DNA of 64,000 nucleotides from Hyaloraphidium curvatum SAG 235-1. Its lineage: Eukaryota > Fungi > Monoblepharomycota. Numbering within the stretch: the stretch's first letter is position 1; the number at the start of each line of letters is the position of its first letter. Where the stretch lies: NCBI GenBank assembly GCA_025558095.1, contig JAIVFI010000001.1, forward strand, positions 558,001-622,000, given 5' to 3'. Under the pieces are notes generated by a model. That model made no database searches, was not told the origin of the DNA, and was given only the letters and a program-made list of their open reading frames with translations. Both the position numbers and the translations under genes were made by a program. Shown here in pieces: positions 45,391-60,161 of this stretch.

Positions 45391-47418
45391 ATGGCGGGCC
45401 AGTACACGCTCCCGGAGATCGCCCGACACAACAGCGAGACGGACGGCTGGATCGTCGTCCGCGGGAAGGTCTACAATGTGACCGATTTCCTGGATTCCCA
45501 CCCGGGAGGCAGGAAGGTGTTGGCGCGGGTCCTCGGGACGGACGCGACGAAGCAGTTCGATCAGTTCCATGCTGCCTCGGTGCTGGAAAAGTTCGGACCG
45601 AAACTGCTCGTCGGCGAGGTTGCGAGCGCGCTGCCGCCGGTCGAGGCCGGAGGGAAGAGGGGTTCCGCGCTGTTCCGGCCCGAGGGAGACAAGATGGGGA
45701 GCCTGATCCCGTTCACCGGTGGGGCCGTCCTACATGGTCTAGGAGCATCCTTTGACGCAATGCACGGTATCCGGCGCCCCACAGACCCGATGTGGATGCA
45801 GGACTGGTACTCGCCCTTCTACAACGAGAGCCACTTCCGCCTCGCGCGCTTCTGCCGCGACTTCGTGGACCGGGAGTTCGCCCCCCGCGTCGAGGAATGG
45901 GAGGAGAACCTCGGCGTGACGCCGGACATCTACAAGCGGTTCGGGCAGCTCGGCCTGCTGGCGCTGGAGCACGCACCCGGGATCTACAAGCACCTGCCGG
46001 CCGACTTCCCGCGGCCCGTGGGGCTCAAGGACGGCGAAATCGACGAGTTCCACAAGGTCGTGGCGAGGGGGGAGTACATGAAGGTCGGCAGCAGGGGCTG
46101 CGTCAACGGCATCTTTGCCGGCGTCGTCATCGCCATGAGGTGGGCGGAACCGGGCCCCACACTCCTTTTGTCCTAACGCCGCCACTTCTTGCGTCATAGC
46201 CCCGTGATCCACGGCGGCACACCCGAGGTCCAGAAGAAGGTCATCCCCGAGGTCATGTCGGGAGACTCGTGGTGCTGCCTGGCCATCACCGAGCCGGAAA
46301 CGGGATCGGACACGGCCAACATCACCACCACCGCGCGGCTGACTGACGACGGGAAGCACTACATCGTCAACGGCACCAAGAAGGTGCGGCCGGGTCCGCG
46401 CGCCTCCGCCACGCCGGTAACCGCCCGCCCCCGCAGTGGATCACCAACGCCATCTGGGCCAAATACTTCATCACCGCCGTGCGCACCGGCGGAGCCGGCG
46501 CCGGTGGCGTCTCCATGCTGCTCGTCGAGCGGCCGCCCGCGGGCAAGGAGGCCGAGCTGGGCGTCGTCAAGACGACCAAGATGAAGCTGCAGGGCGGCTG
46601 GGCCAGCGGCACGACGTTTGTCTCGTTCGAGGACGTCAAAGTGCCCGTGGGCAACATCTTGGGGAAGGTCAACGACGGGTTCCGTCTGCTCATGCACAAC
46701 TTCAGTGGGTGCCGTCTTCAGGGAAAGCCTGACTCTCTGCCTGACACTCATTCCAGACTCGGAGCGTATCTTCAACATCTGCTCCTCCATCTTTGCTTCG
46801 CGTGCTGCCTACGAGGAGGCGATCAAGTATGCTGTAGGTTTCGAGGAGTGGTATTGGTCGGACGTCGTCCTGAACCGCTTCGCACATCAGCACAAGCGCA
46901 AGACTTTTGGCAAGTACCTGATCGAGCACCCGGTGATCCGGGCCAAGCTGGCAAACAGTACGTCCGGCAAGATCATCTTCGCGGAACTCGTGCTGACGAA
47001 CGGCATCCAGTGGCGAGACAGATCGAGGCCGCGCACGCCTGGCTCGAGCTGCAGGTCTACCAGTTCACCAAGTTCCGCTCGTACGCCCTCCTCAACGACC
47101 GCGTGGGCGGCGCCGTGGCCCTGCTCAAGGCGCACGGGTCCATCACCTGCGAGTTTGTCGCCCGCGAGGCGGCGCAGATCTTCGGGGGGCTGGCGTACAC
47201 TCGCGGCGGGCAGGGCGGCAAGGTCGAGCGGATCTACAGGGATGTGAGGGCGTACGCGATTCCGGCAGGCTCGGAGGAGATCATGCTTGGTGGGTCTGCT
47301 CGCGCTCTTCTTGGTTTGCTCGCATTTTGACTCGTTCGCAGACTTCGGCATGCGCGAGAGTCTCAAGCGGGCGGCGACCATGGGGGCTCCCATCCCGGGC
47401 TTGAACTTGAAGCTGTAG
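45391..47418 (+). CDS. cytochrome b5-fused acyl-CoA dehydrogenase
   Basis: HPGG heme motif; CLAITEPETGSD, NGTKKWITN, HPVIRAKL, AAQIFGG, AIPAGSEEIM; ends NLKL*. Confidence 0.94.
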
Positions 47419-47555
47419 TCGTTGTTTGAAGCAAGCTAGAGCCAACAGCTCGACCTGCGCCGCGAGTGAGCGACTGATGACTTGCCACGGCTCATTTTTG
47501 TGCCGGGACTAGTCCTGTTTCTCCGTCGTTGGTCCCACCCCTCTCCCACCTCGAA

Positions 47556-48926
47556 ATGAACGCCGTCGAGGCCCAGGCATCGGCCTCTGGGGCCCCCGCT
47601 CCCGTCACGGCGCCCTCGGTGCCCGACGAGGCTCTCCGGGCGCACCCCGCCGAGACGACCATCGGCGGCCTCCGCGTGCCCCTGCGCTTCTGCCGCACGT
47701 CGGACGGGGCGCACATCGCATACGCCGTCGTCGGCCCCGCGGAGCACGGCACCGGCGCGCCGAAGCGGGCGGCAAAGACCCGTCGGCGGATGAAGCCGGC
47801 GTGGGCGACGACCACCCCGCTGGTCATGCTGCCCGCGCTCGGCATGCTCAAGGAGGACTGGGGCGCCTTTGCTTTCGGTACGGATCTTCCTTTTCCCTTC
47901 CAATGATCAGGTTTCTAACTGGTTTTCTTCGGTGCCCGGCCCGTCCAGAGCTGTCAAAGACCCGCCTCTGCGTGCTTCCCGACTGGCGCGGCCTCGGCGA
48001 TTCGCTGCAGCCCGGCCAACCCGTGCCCATCCACGACGGCCGCCTCGTCCCGTCGTGCGAGGTTTCGGACCCCCTGGACGTCTCCCCTGAGATGGAGGAC
48101 TTCTACGAGTCGAAGCGCTCCACGAAGCTGCCGCGGCTGGCCACGGACGTTTGCGAGGTGCTCCGCGACCTCTTCTGGTCTCGTTCGGATCCCTATGGTG
48201 GGAAGCAGTGGAAGCGGTTCAACCTCCTCGGCCTGGGCATGGGCGGCATCGTCGCCCAGACCATGTCGCTCGTGATCATGCCGTCCTCCCCGCTGGAGGA
48301 CGCGCAGTTCACGTCGGCGTTCGATCCGGACGATCCGCGCGGGGAGGGGCTCGGGATCGAGCACCTCGTGCTGCTGGGCACCTCGGCGCGGGCAAACAAT
48401 CAGGGGTACGGGGGCGGCGTGTTCGAGGCCCTGAGCAAGGGCGACATGGGGGTCGCGGGGCAGCTGATGGCACACGGGGCGGACAAGCCCGGCGTGGGCG
48501 ATATCTGGAGGGCGGGCAGGAGGCCGAGGATCGTGATCGGTGCGTTTCTCCCCGCGCCAATCCAGTGAATTCGGCTGAGCGTACCCCGACCGCAGAGAAG
48601 CAGTTCCTCTCCATCACCTCGTTCGACTACATCGACGACAACCCTCTCCTCGGCCTCTTCTCCCTCCCCACCCTCGTCCTGCACGGTCAGCAGGACACGC
48701 AGGTGCCGTACCTCGAGGGATTCCTGATCCACAAGCGGATCAGGGGCAGCGCGTGGAAGCGGATGGAGGCCGGGCACTGGATGGTGGGTTCGCGCTTCGG
48801 GGGCCACATGTTGCGTGCGCTGAAGGGTCGTTTGCCTGCCAGCACTTTGGCAAGGCCGGGGAGGAGACGGTGCGCTATGTGGCGGCGTTCCTTTCTGACG
48901 AGTGGAACGGCAAGTCCAAGCTCTGA
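47556..48926 (+). CDS. alpha/beta hydrolase-fold protein lacking the catalytic Ser, with PTS1 SKL
   Basis: SDGAHIAY, PDWRGLGDS, nucleophile elbow LLGLGMGG, PTLVLHGQQD, AGHW; ends WNGKSKL*. Confidence 0.82.
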
Positions 48927-49155
48927 TGGCCTGCTTCCTCGAGAGGACCCGGAGACGAAAAAGAGCGCTCTTTGGAGCCCCTAGAACGAGAGGTTGGGTT
49001 TTCTTCCCCCGTTTTATGTCACATAGAGCGTCACAGGAAGGCGATCCGAACCGTAACCCGTGCACGGCCGGTATCGCATACGACAAAGGGGCCCGAGCGA
49101 GAACCGCGATCCGGAACGCGATTCCGCGGGGACCGTAGAAAAGCTTGCCGACGCC

Positions 49156-50663
49156 TCAGGCGCGGCGCCCGCGCGGGCCTCCGCGCCCGCCGCCCCTCCC
49201 CGATCCGCTCCCGCCGCCGCTCCCGGCGCCGGCGCCGCTCCCCCCGCCGCTGCCGCGGCCCCCGCCCCCGCCGCCGCCGACCGCAGGGCCCTGCGCGTTG
49301 AGCGCGGCGGTGGCACCGGCGACGGTGACCAGGGTGTTGGCAGGGTATCCGCGCTCCATCATCTGCAATCGGGCGCGATCGCGGGGTCAGCGTGCGCAGG
49401 AAAAGCAGGCGCGCCGGGAGAGGTACCTTGGTGAGCACCGGGCCGACGGCCGAAAGCCACGCCGCGTTGTTGTTGGCAAAGTTCCTCACGGCGCCGGCGG
49501 TGGCCGCGTCGGGGCAGTTGCCCCCGCCGCCTCCTCCGCCGCCGCCGCCGAAGCGGGTGCACGAAGCGCGGCCGTTGGCCTGGGTGGTGAAGGACTTGAA
49601 GATGCCGACGTCGGCGTTGAGGAAGCCGGAGTTGGAGCCGCGGTTGGTCCATTGCCTGCGATCGCGGTCCGTCAGCGCCCGATCCGCGGTCGTGGAGGTG
49701 CACGGAAACACACCAGTGCCTCTCGGCCCCGTTGGGCGTCGCATCGGTCTGCGTCCACGGCCTCTGCACCATGTTCCTGTAGTACGCGTCCCCGCGGAGG
49801 TTCGTGGGCACCTGGCCCTGGCCCTGCACCCAGGGACCAAAGTTGAAGCCGCTGTTGGCCTGCAGGACGCGGCCGAGGGAGTGCATGCCGAGGAGGGCGG
49901 TGGTCTCGGCGGCGGTGAAGCCGAAGGACAGGTTGAAGAAGGCCTGTGGAGCTAGGTTGTGAGGGTTGTACGGGGAAGCAGGCGAAGAAGGAGCTCACAA
50001 AGGTGGCCGGGCCGTTGCCGTGGGCCGCAGGGAAGACCACGTTCGCCTCGGATCCAGGGCAGTTGGTCGAGTCGTCGCGGCCGAACCTCATGGCGAGCCC
50101 CTGCACCGCATGCGGGCGCGACAATCAGTAGAGAACAGGGCCAGGCGCAAAAGGACGCACGGGAACGCCGCCGTTGTTGGCGACCTCGGTCGCGACGACC
50201 ATGGCGAGCATCCAAAAGTCGGCGCGGCTCATGCCGGCCTTGATGGTTGCGTTGCCGTCGTACAAGTTGTTCAGGGCGCTGACGCGGGTATCTAGGCCGC
50301 GGTTATCGGCTGCAGGCGCGCGTCAGCGTGTTTTGGCTGACTCGCAGATGGGTCGCGGCCTGACCGGCGTTGACATTGATGCACCCATCGCACTTGGCCG
50401 ACACGCAATCGTGGAACCCGAGGCGGACGAAGCCGGGGACGAAACTCTGCCTGCGTGATCGTCAGCAGCTGTCATCAGCAGGCGGGCTTTCGAGTCGGAC
50501 GTCCGAACCTGTTGGACAGCACCAGGGTGCGGAGCGATGCCTTGGCGCCGGCGACCAGCTGCTGCGAGGGGATGGGGCCGAGCGCGTTGGCGCCGAGAGC
50601 GTTGACCAGAAGGGCGATGACCGCGAAGGCGGCGGTGAGCGAGGTCAGCTTGCCGGGCGCCAT
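49156..50663 (-). CDS. secreted heme peroxidase (peroxidase-catalase superfamily, APX-like)
   Basis: Signal peptide; distal VRLGFHDC..CDGCIN, SRADFW, RFGRDD, proximal LLGMHSLG; Gly/RGG tail; 6 introns. Confidence 0.88.
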
Positions 50664-51359
50664 GGTTGCGGCCTTGGAGGAGGGACCGCTGAAGGGAGAA
50701 AGTCAGCGAGCAATCGGGCGGACACGCGCACATCGGGCAGAGCAAATGCATCGGCGCGGCGCGGTGCGTCGCCGTCCCTCCGCGTCCCGCGCTGTCCCGA
50801 CGGCGCGTTTCACGCGGGCGACAACGCGTCTCGCTGTCCCCCACGCACCTTTCTGCCGGACGAGCGGGCGCGGCGGCGGCGTGCGACCGCGGCTGCCGCA
50901 CGCCCTTGTATGGCGGAGCATGGCGGACGCCTCAGCGAGGACACTGTTGACCGCGCTGGGTCGCGATTGACTCGGACCCAGGTGAACCCCGCGGGACTCA
51001 GCGTCCTTGCACAGCGCAGCAAAACGTTCGATCCCACGGAAGCCCGCGCACCGCGGCAAACGAGCACGCGGAAAACATCTTCGATTCCTCCCCCGCTGTT
51101 TTCGCGCCCCGGAGTGCTGCCGTTCGCCGGCTGGCGACCCCCGAACGTGCGCATCCCAACGGTCCGCAACGCCGACGCTGAACGGAATCAGCACGCACCC
51201 TCGCCGACGGTCCAGACACTTGCGGCCTCCGCAACTGTGGCAATGACCGACCCATAGCACGTGAAAGGTGCCCTTCCTGTCCCAATGGGCATTTGGATCG
51301 GAGGAAAGGAGCGCGAACCCAGCAAAACTGCACGTGCAAATGTGCAGATGCAAATGTAT

Positions 51360-52613
51360 TCAGATCAGCAAGGCAACGACGCAGAACTGCAGGGCAACGA
51401 ACGCAGATCCAGATAACAGATAGATGGCGCGCAAAGACGAGGCACCGCTGGGCAACCCCCCTGGGGTGGTCGCGGACACGGCGTTTGTGGGCACCGGCGC
51501 CATCACGCTCGTCGCCGCCGCGCCCGCCGAGGTCACCGACACCGGGGCATTGAGCTCCGTCGGCGTCGGCGCCACAGAACCAGCCGCCGATGAACCCGAT
51601 GCCGCCGTTCCGGCGGTCCGCACCCACGAGTCCAGGAAGGTCCCAACCCATCCGCCCATCCATTTGTGCACGACGGCGCTGGGGTGGACGTAGTCCCACC
51701 AAAAGCACCGATCCGGGTCCTCGCACCCCCGACCTCCCACGTAACACGGCCAGGAGGCGTTCCGCAGCGCCGCCTCCCCCAGCCTCAGCGCCCTCAGCGC
51801 CGCCGCGAACCTCGCGTTGGCATCCAGCACCGCGTGCGTCCCGTTGGACCAGTCCCTCGGCGTGCCGTCCACCGACCCGAGAAACAGCGAAGTACCCGGA
51901 AACAGCGCCACCGTGAGGTTCCCATTCCACTGCGCCACCAGCCTCCCGATCTCCGCCTGCCCCCGCGCGTTGGCGTACGACCACGCCGACGCCGGGCCGC
52001 CGCTGTCGCGCTGCACGATGGGCGAGCGGTCCACGGGGGGGACGTTGGGGAGCACGAAGCGCGCGCCGGGAAAGTCGGCGCGGAGGGAGGCGACGAGCTC
52101 CACGAGGCGGGCGACGGAGCGCTCCACCGAGGGAACCGTGGCCGAGGGGAAGGAAAGGGGGTCGGCGCGGACCACGAGTCCTTGCAGGATGTCGTTGATG
52201 CCGATCCAGATGAAGAAAACCGGGGTAGCGCCGCCCGAGCGGAGCCGCGCGGCCAGCTCCGACTTTCGGAAGGCCTCGACCTGCTGCGCGACCCCCGTCT
52301 CGCCGAATTTCGGTTCGGCATCGATCAGCCGCTTGTCCACCGTGCTCGAAGCCACGGCGTAGTTCGCCGCGGGCTCCCAGCCGCTCCCGTTCGCGGCGAC
52401 CTCGGTCCACAGCGGGCCGTTGGACACGCGGCCGTTCCAGTACGGCGGTTTGGGCCAGTACCCCTCGGAGAGCACAAGAGTCCGCCCGACGTCGCTGTAC
52501 GAGTCTCCAAAGACGATGGGGACCGCGGCAAGCGCGGGCCGCAGGCCGCCGAACAAAAGGAGGCAAAGGAGACCTGCCGCGCATTCCCACGGCGACCGGC
52601 CCGTCCGTCGCAT
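51360..52613 (-). CDS. secreted GDSL/SGNH esterase with Ser/Thr stalk and C-terminal hydrophobic (GPI-like) tail
   Basis: VFGDSYSDVG, GRVSNG, WIGINDI, WWDYVHPS. Confidence 0.9.
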   Translation of the reverse strand: MRRTGRSPWECAAGLLCLLLFGGLRPALAAVPIVFGDSYSDVGRTLVLSEGYWPKPPYWNGRVSNGPLWTEVAANGSGWEPAANYAVASSTVDKRLIDAEPKFGETGVAQQVEAFRKSELAARLRSGGATPVFFIWIGINDILQGLVVRADPLSFPSATVPSVERSVARLVELVASLRADFPGARFVLPNVPPVDRSPIVQRDSGGPASAWSYANARGQAEIGRLVAQWNGNLTVALFPGTSLFLGSVDGTPRDWSNGTHAVLDANARFAAALRALRLGEAALRNASWPCYVGGRGCEDPDRCFWWDYVHPSAVVHKWMGGWVGTFLDSWVRTAGTAASGSSAAGSVAPTPTELNAPVSVTSAGAAATSVMAPVPTNAVSATTPGGLPSGASSLRAIYLLSGSAFVALQFCVVALLI

Positions 52614-52892
52614 CGCGGGGCGGGAAGCGGGCCCGAAGGAGGCCCGGCTTCGGGGCGCGAATGCGGTCGCCGGCGGGCGGCGGCGTGTTTGTCCTTTTGG
52701 TCCGTGGCGTTGCGGTGCCGGTTTCGGCACGGCGGAGTCCCCGCTGGACCCATCCATCACCGCTGAATGCGGAAGCCCCGAAAACCCCCGGCAACTTGCA
52801 AGACCGGCGAGAATGGCCCTTCTTTTGACGACATACATACGTCTCGGACCGCCTCAGCGGGGCTGCCGGGCATCGTGCACCTCCCCGCGCCC

Positions 52893-54432
52893 TCACTTTG
52901 TCGCGGCCTTCTTCTTGCCGAACGCCGGCTTTTTCGGCACCAGCTCGCACGTCAGCAGCCCCTCCGCGTGCCCCACCCCGTCCCTGAAGTCCCAGGTCTC
53001 CATCCCCGGCGGCAGCCTCTTCTCCAGATCCGCCTTGATCCGCGCCACCCACGCCTCCTCGTCCTCCCCCTCGCGCAGGAACGCGATCGCCATGACGGTC
53101 TTGTTGTCGCACCGCGAGGTGCCCTTGGTGAGCATGTAAATCATCGCCAGGAGTTCCTCGAGCACCTTTGGCAGGGGCATGTTGCGGTAGCACAGCCTGC
53201 CGAGGACAAAGTTGAGCACGTCCTGGTCGCTCTCGTACACGGACCAGATGCCGTCCGAGGCCACGAGGAGCAGCTCGTCGTCGGGGGCCAGGGTGCGGTA
53301 GCCCACGTCGGGGACGTTGGAGATGAGCTGGTCCGCCGCGGCCCGGTTGGCCTGGGACTTGCCCGAAAAGTCGCCCAGGGAGCGCGAGACCATGATGTAC
53401 CCGTTGACGCGGCCGTCCATGTCGACCCAGCCTCCAGCTCGGGTGATGCGCGCCTTTTCGAGCTCGAGGGTGGGTTCGTGGTCCACGGTCATGCGGACCG
53501 CGCGGCCCGAGCAGGACAGCACGCCGCGGACGTCGCCGACGTTGCCGATGACCAGGCGGCGCGCGGTGGGGGTGGTGGGGGCGCCGGCGGCGGCGGGGGG
53601 TTCGGGCACGACGATGGCGACGGTGGCGCAGGCGCCGGCGGCGATCGGGTTGCTGGGATCCGTCAGGACTGAGGGCGTGGCCCGGTGGAGAAGAAGTGAA
53701 GGAGGCGCAATCGGGTGAAGGAAGCAAGTGATCCGGGATCCAGCGCAATTTGCGCGTCAGCAACGGGCAAACCAGGGGTACGCAGGGCCTGCCAACCCAC
53801 CTCCGCGCAGCTCCGTGTCCATGGCCTCGAACGCCTCCTTCATGGCGTCGATGTAGTTCCCCTGCGCGAAGCTCTTCTGCGCCGGCAGCACCTCGTGCAT
53901 CCTCCCCGCCACGTACTCCGCGGCGGCCTGCCCCGCGTGCCCGTCGAATACGCCAAAGTAGGAGAAGTAGTCCGGCACCGCGGGCGGCGCCGGCGTCGCG
54001 GGGGAGGGCTCCGCGGACGCCTGGGAGCCCCGGCGGAAGGGGGAGGCGAGGAAGTCGAGGATCGATTTGCGGCGCAGGGTCTGCGGGACCGGCGCGGGGG
54101 AAAGGTGCCCGTCGGTGCTCGTATTTCGGTGGTCTCCCGGCGACGGGCCGTCCCCCGAGGGCCGCGACGACGCATGCGAGGTCACGGACGCTGCTGCCGA
54201 CATGGCGGTGCCTCTCCGAGCGATGGGATCGGGCGCGTCCATGGGCGTCAGACCGAGCGTCTGCCAGATGCTCTTGCGCCGGGTCATGGTGGATTGCAGC
54301 GTCGAGTTGAGGGCCAGGTTCGACGGCGGCGAGGCGGGCGAGGTGTTGCCCGAGCCGCCCGCCGTGGAGGCGCCGTCCTCCCCGGAGTCCCCCCCGAAAA
54401 ACGCCAGTATGCTCCTTCGCCTCCCGGTCAGC

Positions 54433-54470
<38 letters not shown>

Positions 54471-54806
54471 GTGGCCGACGCGCATGACGACTGCGTGCGT
54501 GTCCTCCATGTACTTGCGGTCGCCCTGGATTGCCGACGACGCGTACATGAGCGCGGCCGCGGCGTCGTGCGCGCGGTCGGTCAGCGTCTCGTCGGGCTTG
54601 CGCGGCCTGCGCGAGTCGTGGATCGCGCACGACACGAGCACCGGCGACTCGGTGTACACGGCCGCCTTCTTCGGCGCCTTCTGGGAGCCGAACATCGACG
54701 ACGACGGCTTCGCCGCCGAGACGGCCACGCGCGGCGCGCCGTTGGCCGGCGCCGCGGCGGCTCCGCCCGCGGGCCCGGCGCCGCCCTTGCTGGACTTGTT
54801 GCCCAT
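52893..54806 (-). CDS. PP2C/PPM protein phosphatase, probably N-myristoylated
   Basis: MGNKSS; QGDRKYMED, FGVFDGHAG, NVGD, DHEP, VSRSLGD, ASDGIW, DNKT. Confidence 0.93.
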
Positions 54807-55609
54807 CGCGCGGGCAACGGTGCGGCGGGAGCGGAGGCGCGGATTCGCTTGGTTGTTCGCCCCAGAGTTGACTCCGTGGTCCCTCGGGATGTGGCGCCCC
54901 CACGTCATGACGATCAAACCCCGGAGGACCCGGAGCGGAATCCGCTTCACGGACAAGCGAGCCCGGACGAGCGGCAGTACGACATCAGCATCATTGGATG
55001 TCGCCTGGATGCCCTCCTGGGCCGCGATTCGCTGCGACCGAGTCCCCGATCGCTTTACCACCACGGAAACCGTACATCCAATAGAATGAAAAATCGAAAA
55101 ACACCGTAGGACGGCTCCGCAGGGACCGAAAGTGCCGTTATAACACCTCCTTTTCCATGGGAGCGACGACGAGAGAACCTGGTGGGCCGCGAAGCTGGTG
55201 ATCCCAAGTTCCGTCTTGCAATCCCCCTCGGCTCAACGAACTCCAGCGAGACAGTCGGCAAGAGGAGGCACCTTCATTCGATAGATGGCATGCTTTCAAC
55301 TCCGTCGTGTTCGTCTCCAGAGGCTTCCGTGTGTCTCGAGGTCCCGTGCGGTTCCGACGGGCACGGGCGGCGGTTCGGACACCACACCCATGCCCGCAGC
55401 GAGCTCCTCCAGCCTCCCGGGCGCCGCCGATTGCTCAGGCACTCCATGTCAGCTCTCCCAGCAATTCCGGTGAACGGCCGTCCCGCAGCGCGTCCCGTGG
55501 GCCGGCGGAAAAACGTGGATGCGTCCGGAATCGTCGGGGGCTGACGAAGCGCGCGTCGACGCCACTATCGTCTGTTTTCCTGTCCACAGATCACATATCG
55601 CAGCCCGCC

Positions 55610-58267
<2,658 letters not shown>

Positions 58268-58468
58268 TCGGACAGCCTGTGATCCGGTCCGGAAGATCTC
58301 TGTCGGGGATGCGGCTGATGTAAGGGCATGATAGATTGATTGTAATGCTCCTGGCGCGAAAAAGAAGCGATTACCCGTGCGTGCCTCGCAGTTTTCTCCG
58401 GAGGTTTGCTTGGCCTTTTGGGAAGTTCCTCCGCCGCGATCGCGGACCCGTCCGAACCCGAACACGGA

Positions 58469-59642
58469 ATGGCGCCCCCGACCGCGCTAGAGCGCGTCCT
58501 CGACTACGCCAAGGATCGCCCCGTATTGACGGCGGTGGGATGCACGATCGCGACGGCCACGGCGCTGTTTTTGCGGCGCCTGTACGTCGTGAAGTCGCCG
58601 ACGGCCGCGAAACCGTGGGCGTCGTGGCCTCCAAAGAAACCCGCCTCTCCGGCGAAAGAATCCGGTGTTTCCGTCGAGATTTGGAAGGAAGAGGACGTTG
58701 ATATCGAGGTCTGGGTGCGCAAGGCCGGTTCGGACGCGAAACAGGGGTTGCCTCCCCTCGTCTTCCTGCACGGCGGCTTCCACAACGCTAGCTGCTACGA
58801 AAACTACCTCGTCTACTTTTCCCGGCGGGGATTCGATTGCTACTCCCTCTCTCTGCGCGATCACGGCGCGTCGACCAAGGTTCCCGGCAAAGAGCTCTTC
58901 CATTCGCTCAGGGATTGCGCGTGGGACCTCGGGGTGGTTGTTGGGAGGCTGTTGAGGGAGGGGAGCAAGCCGCCGATCATTTTCGGGTGCGTTCCATCCT
59001 ATTGATACCTATGAATCTGGGTTTACCCTCGGTTGCAGTCATTCCAAGGGCTCGGCCGTCTGTCAACACTTCCTCTCGTATCATCCTCGCAACTTGGCCA
59101 ATTTTCCAACCTATTGCTCCGGCTTCGTCCATTTCAACGGGTTCCCACCTTCGCCACACGAGATATTGCCGTTCAAGAACTGGGCGAGGCTGGACTTCTG
59201 GAATCTCGCCGCAGGGATCCTGGTGTTCAATCCTTTCTGGTCGCTGAAGAGCCCCGAGGTGGCTGCGCGGGTCTTTTACTCTTCTGCGACGAGCAAGGAG
59301 CATGCACGAGCCGAATGGGAGAAACTGGAACGGATCGAGGCGGGGCCAGACCCGGAGTCGTTGACGACGCCCTACTGCGTGCCGGAAACGCTTCTTCAGC
59401 GATCGCCAAAAGTGTTTGTCGTCGGTGCTGTCGAGGACGTGCTGATGGATCCCAAGGTGGTCGCTCAGACGTTTGAGACGTTCGACTCTGCGGCGGAACG
59501 GATGGGAGGCAAGACACCGAGCGGCGTGGAGGTTGTGGTCATCCGGGTCACTGTGCCAGGCGGTCACTGCCATATGGTAGAGCCGATTTGGGAGGACGGG
59601 GCAAAGATCATCGCAGATACGTTGTTGAACTCGTCGTTTTGA
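58469..59642 (+). CDS. alpha/beta hydrolase (esterase) with N-terminal membrane anchor
   Basis: LVFLHGG, SLRDHGAS, spliced G|HSKG nucleophile, GAVED, GGHC. Confidence 0.85.
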
Positions 59643-60161
59643 TTCCGCGAGTAAGGAAAGGTGATTGGAAACCCCGGAGAAAATCTCTGCCTGGATGCGG
59701 CTCATCTAGCATTTAGATTGTTTCTACTATCCATCTGGCACGAAAAAGAAGCAGTGGCGTTGCGATCGCCTTGCGTTGCAAGGCCACTAGGGATGGTTTT
59801 GAGAGGCGGTTATCCGCGAACCGTGCGGCGAGCAACACCAATCGCATTCACCCCGCTCCCTCCCCCCCCGTCAGACGGCCTCCCTCCACGTTTCCGCCGG
59901 TGTAGAAGAGCCATCCGTTCCTGTGTATTGCGCGGAGCGTAGCCGCAGGTCGCCAGTGTTGCCGTTTCCCCGCCGCACTCCGGCCGGCCGAGCGAAAAGA
60001 TAGTGCAGAACCGGATGCGTTGATTCCGCCGCCCTTGCCGCCCCTCGCTGCCCTTTGTGGGCCTTTTCCCCTCGCAGCCGCGGGGCCGCCGCGGGCCCGG
60101 AGCCCTCTGATACCGTTTTGCACCTGGATACCCTCGGGCGGAGCTGCGGAGTGCGCCCACG

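Noticed and set aside
54437-54470. (GGC)n and Pro/Tyr/Gly repeats (also 49150-49280, 61970-62260)
   Set aside because: Low-complexity coding tracts, not CRISPR arrays or mobile elements.
50998-54903. 1301-aa ORF and other long overlapping ORFs (e.g. 38843-40960, 35362-37311, 3723-5273)
   Set aside because: Arg/Pro/Gly-rich shadow frames of high-GC coding DNA; the real genes lie in other frames or on the other strand.
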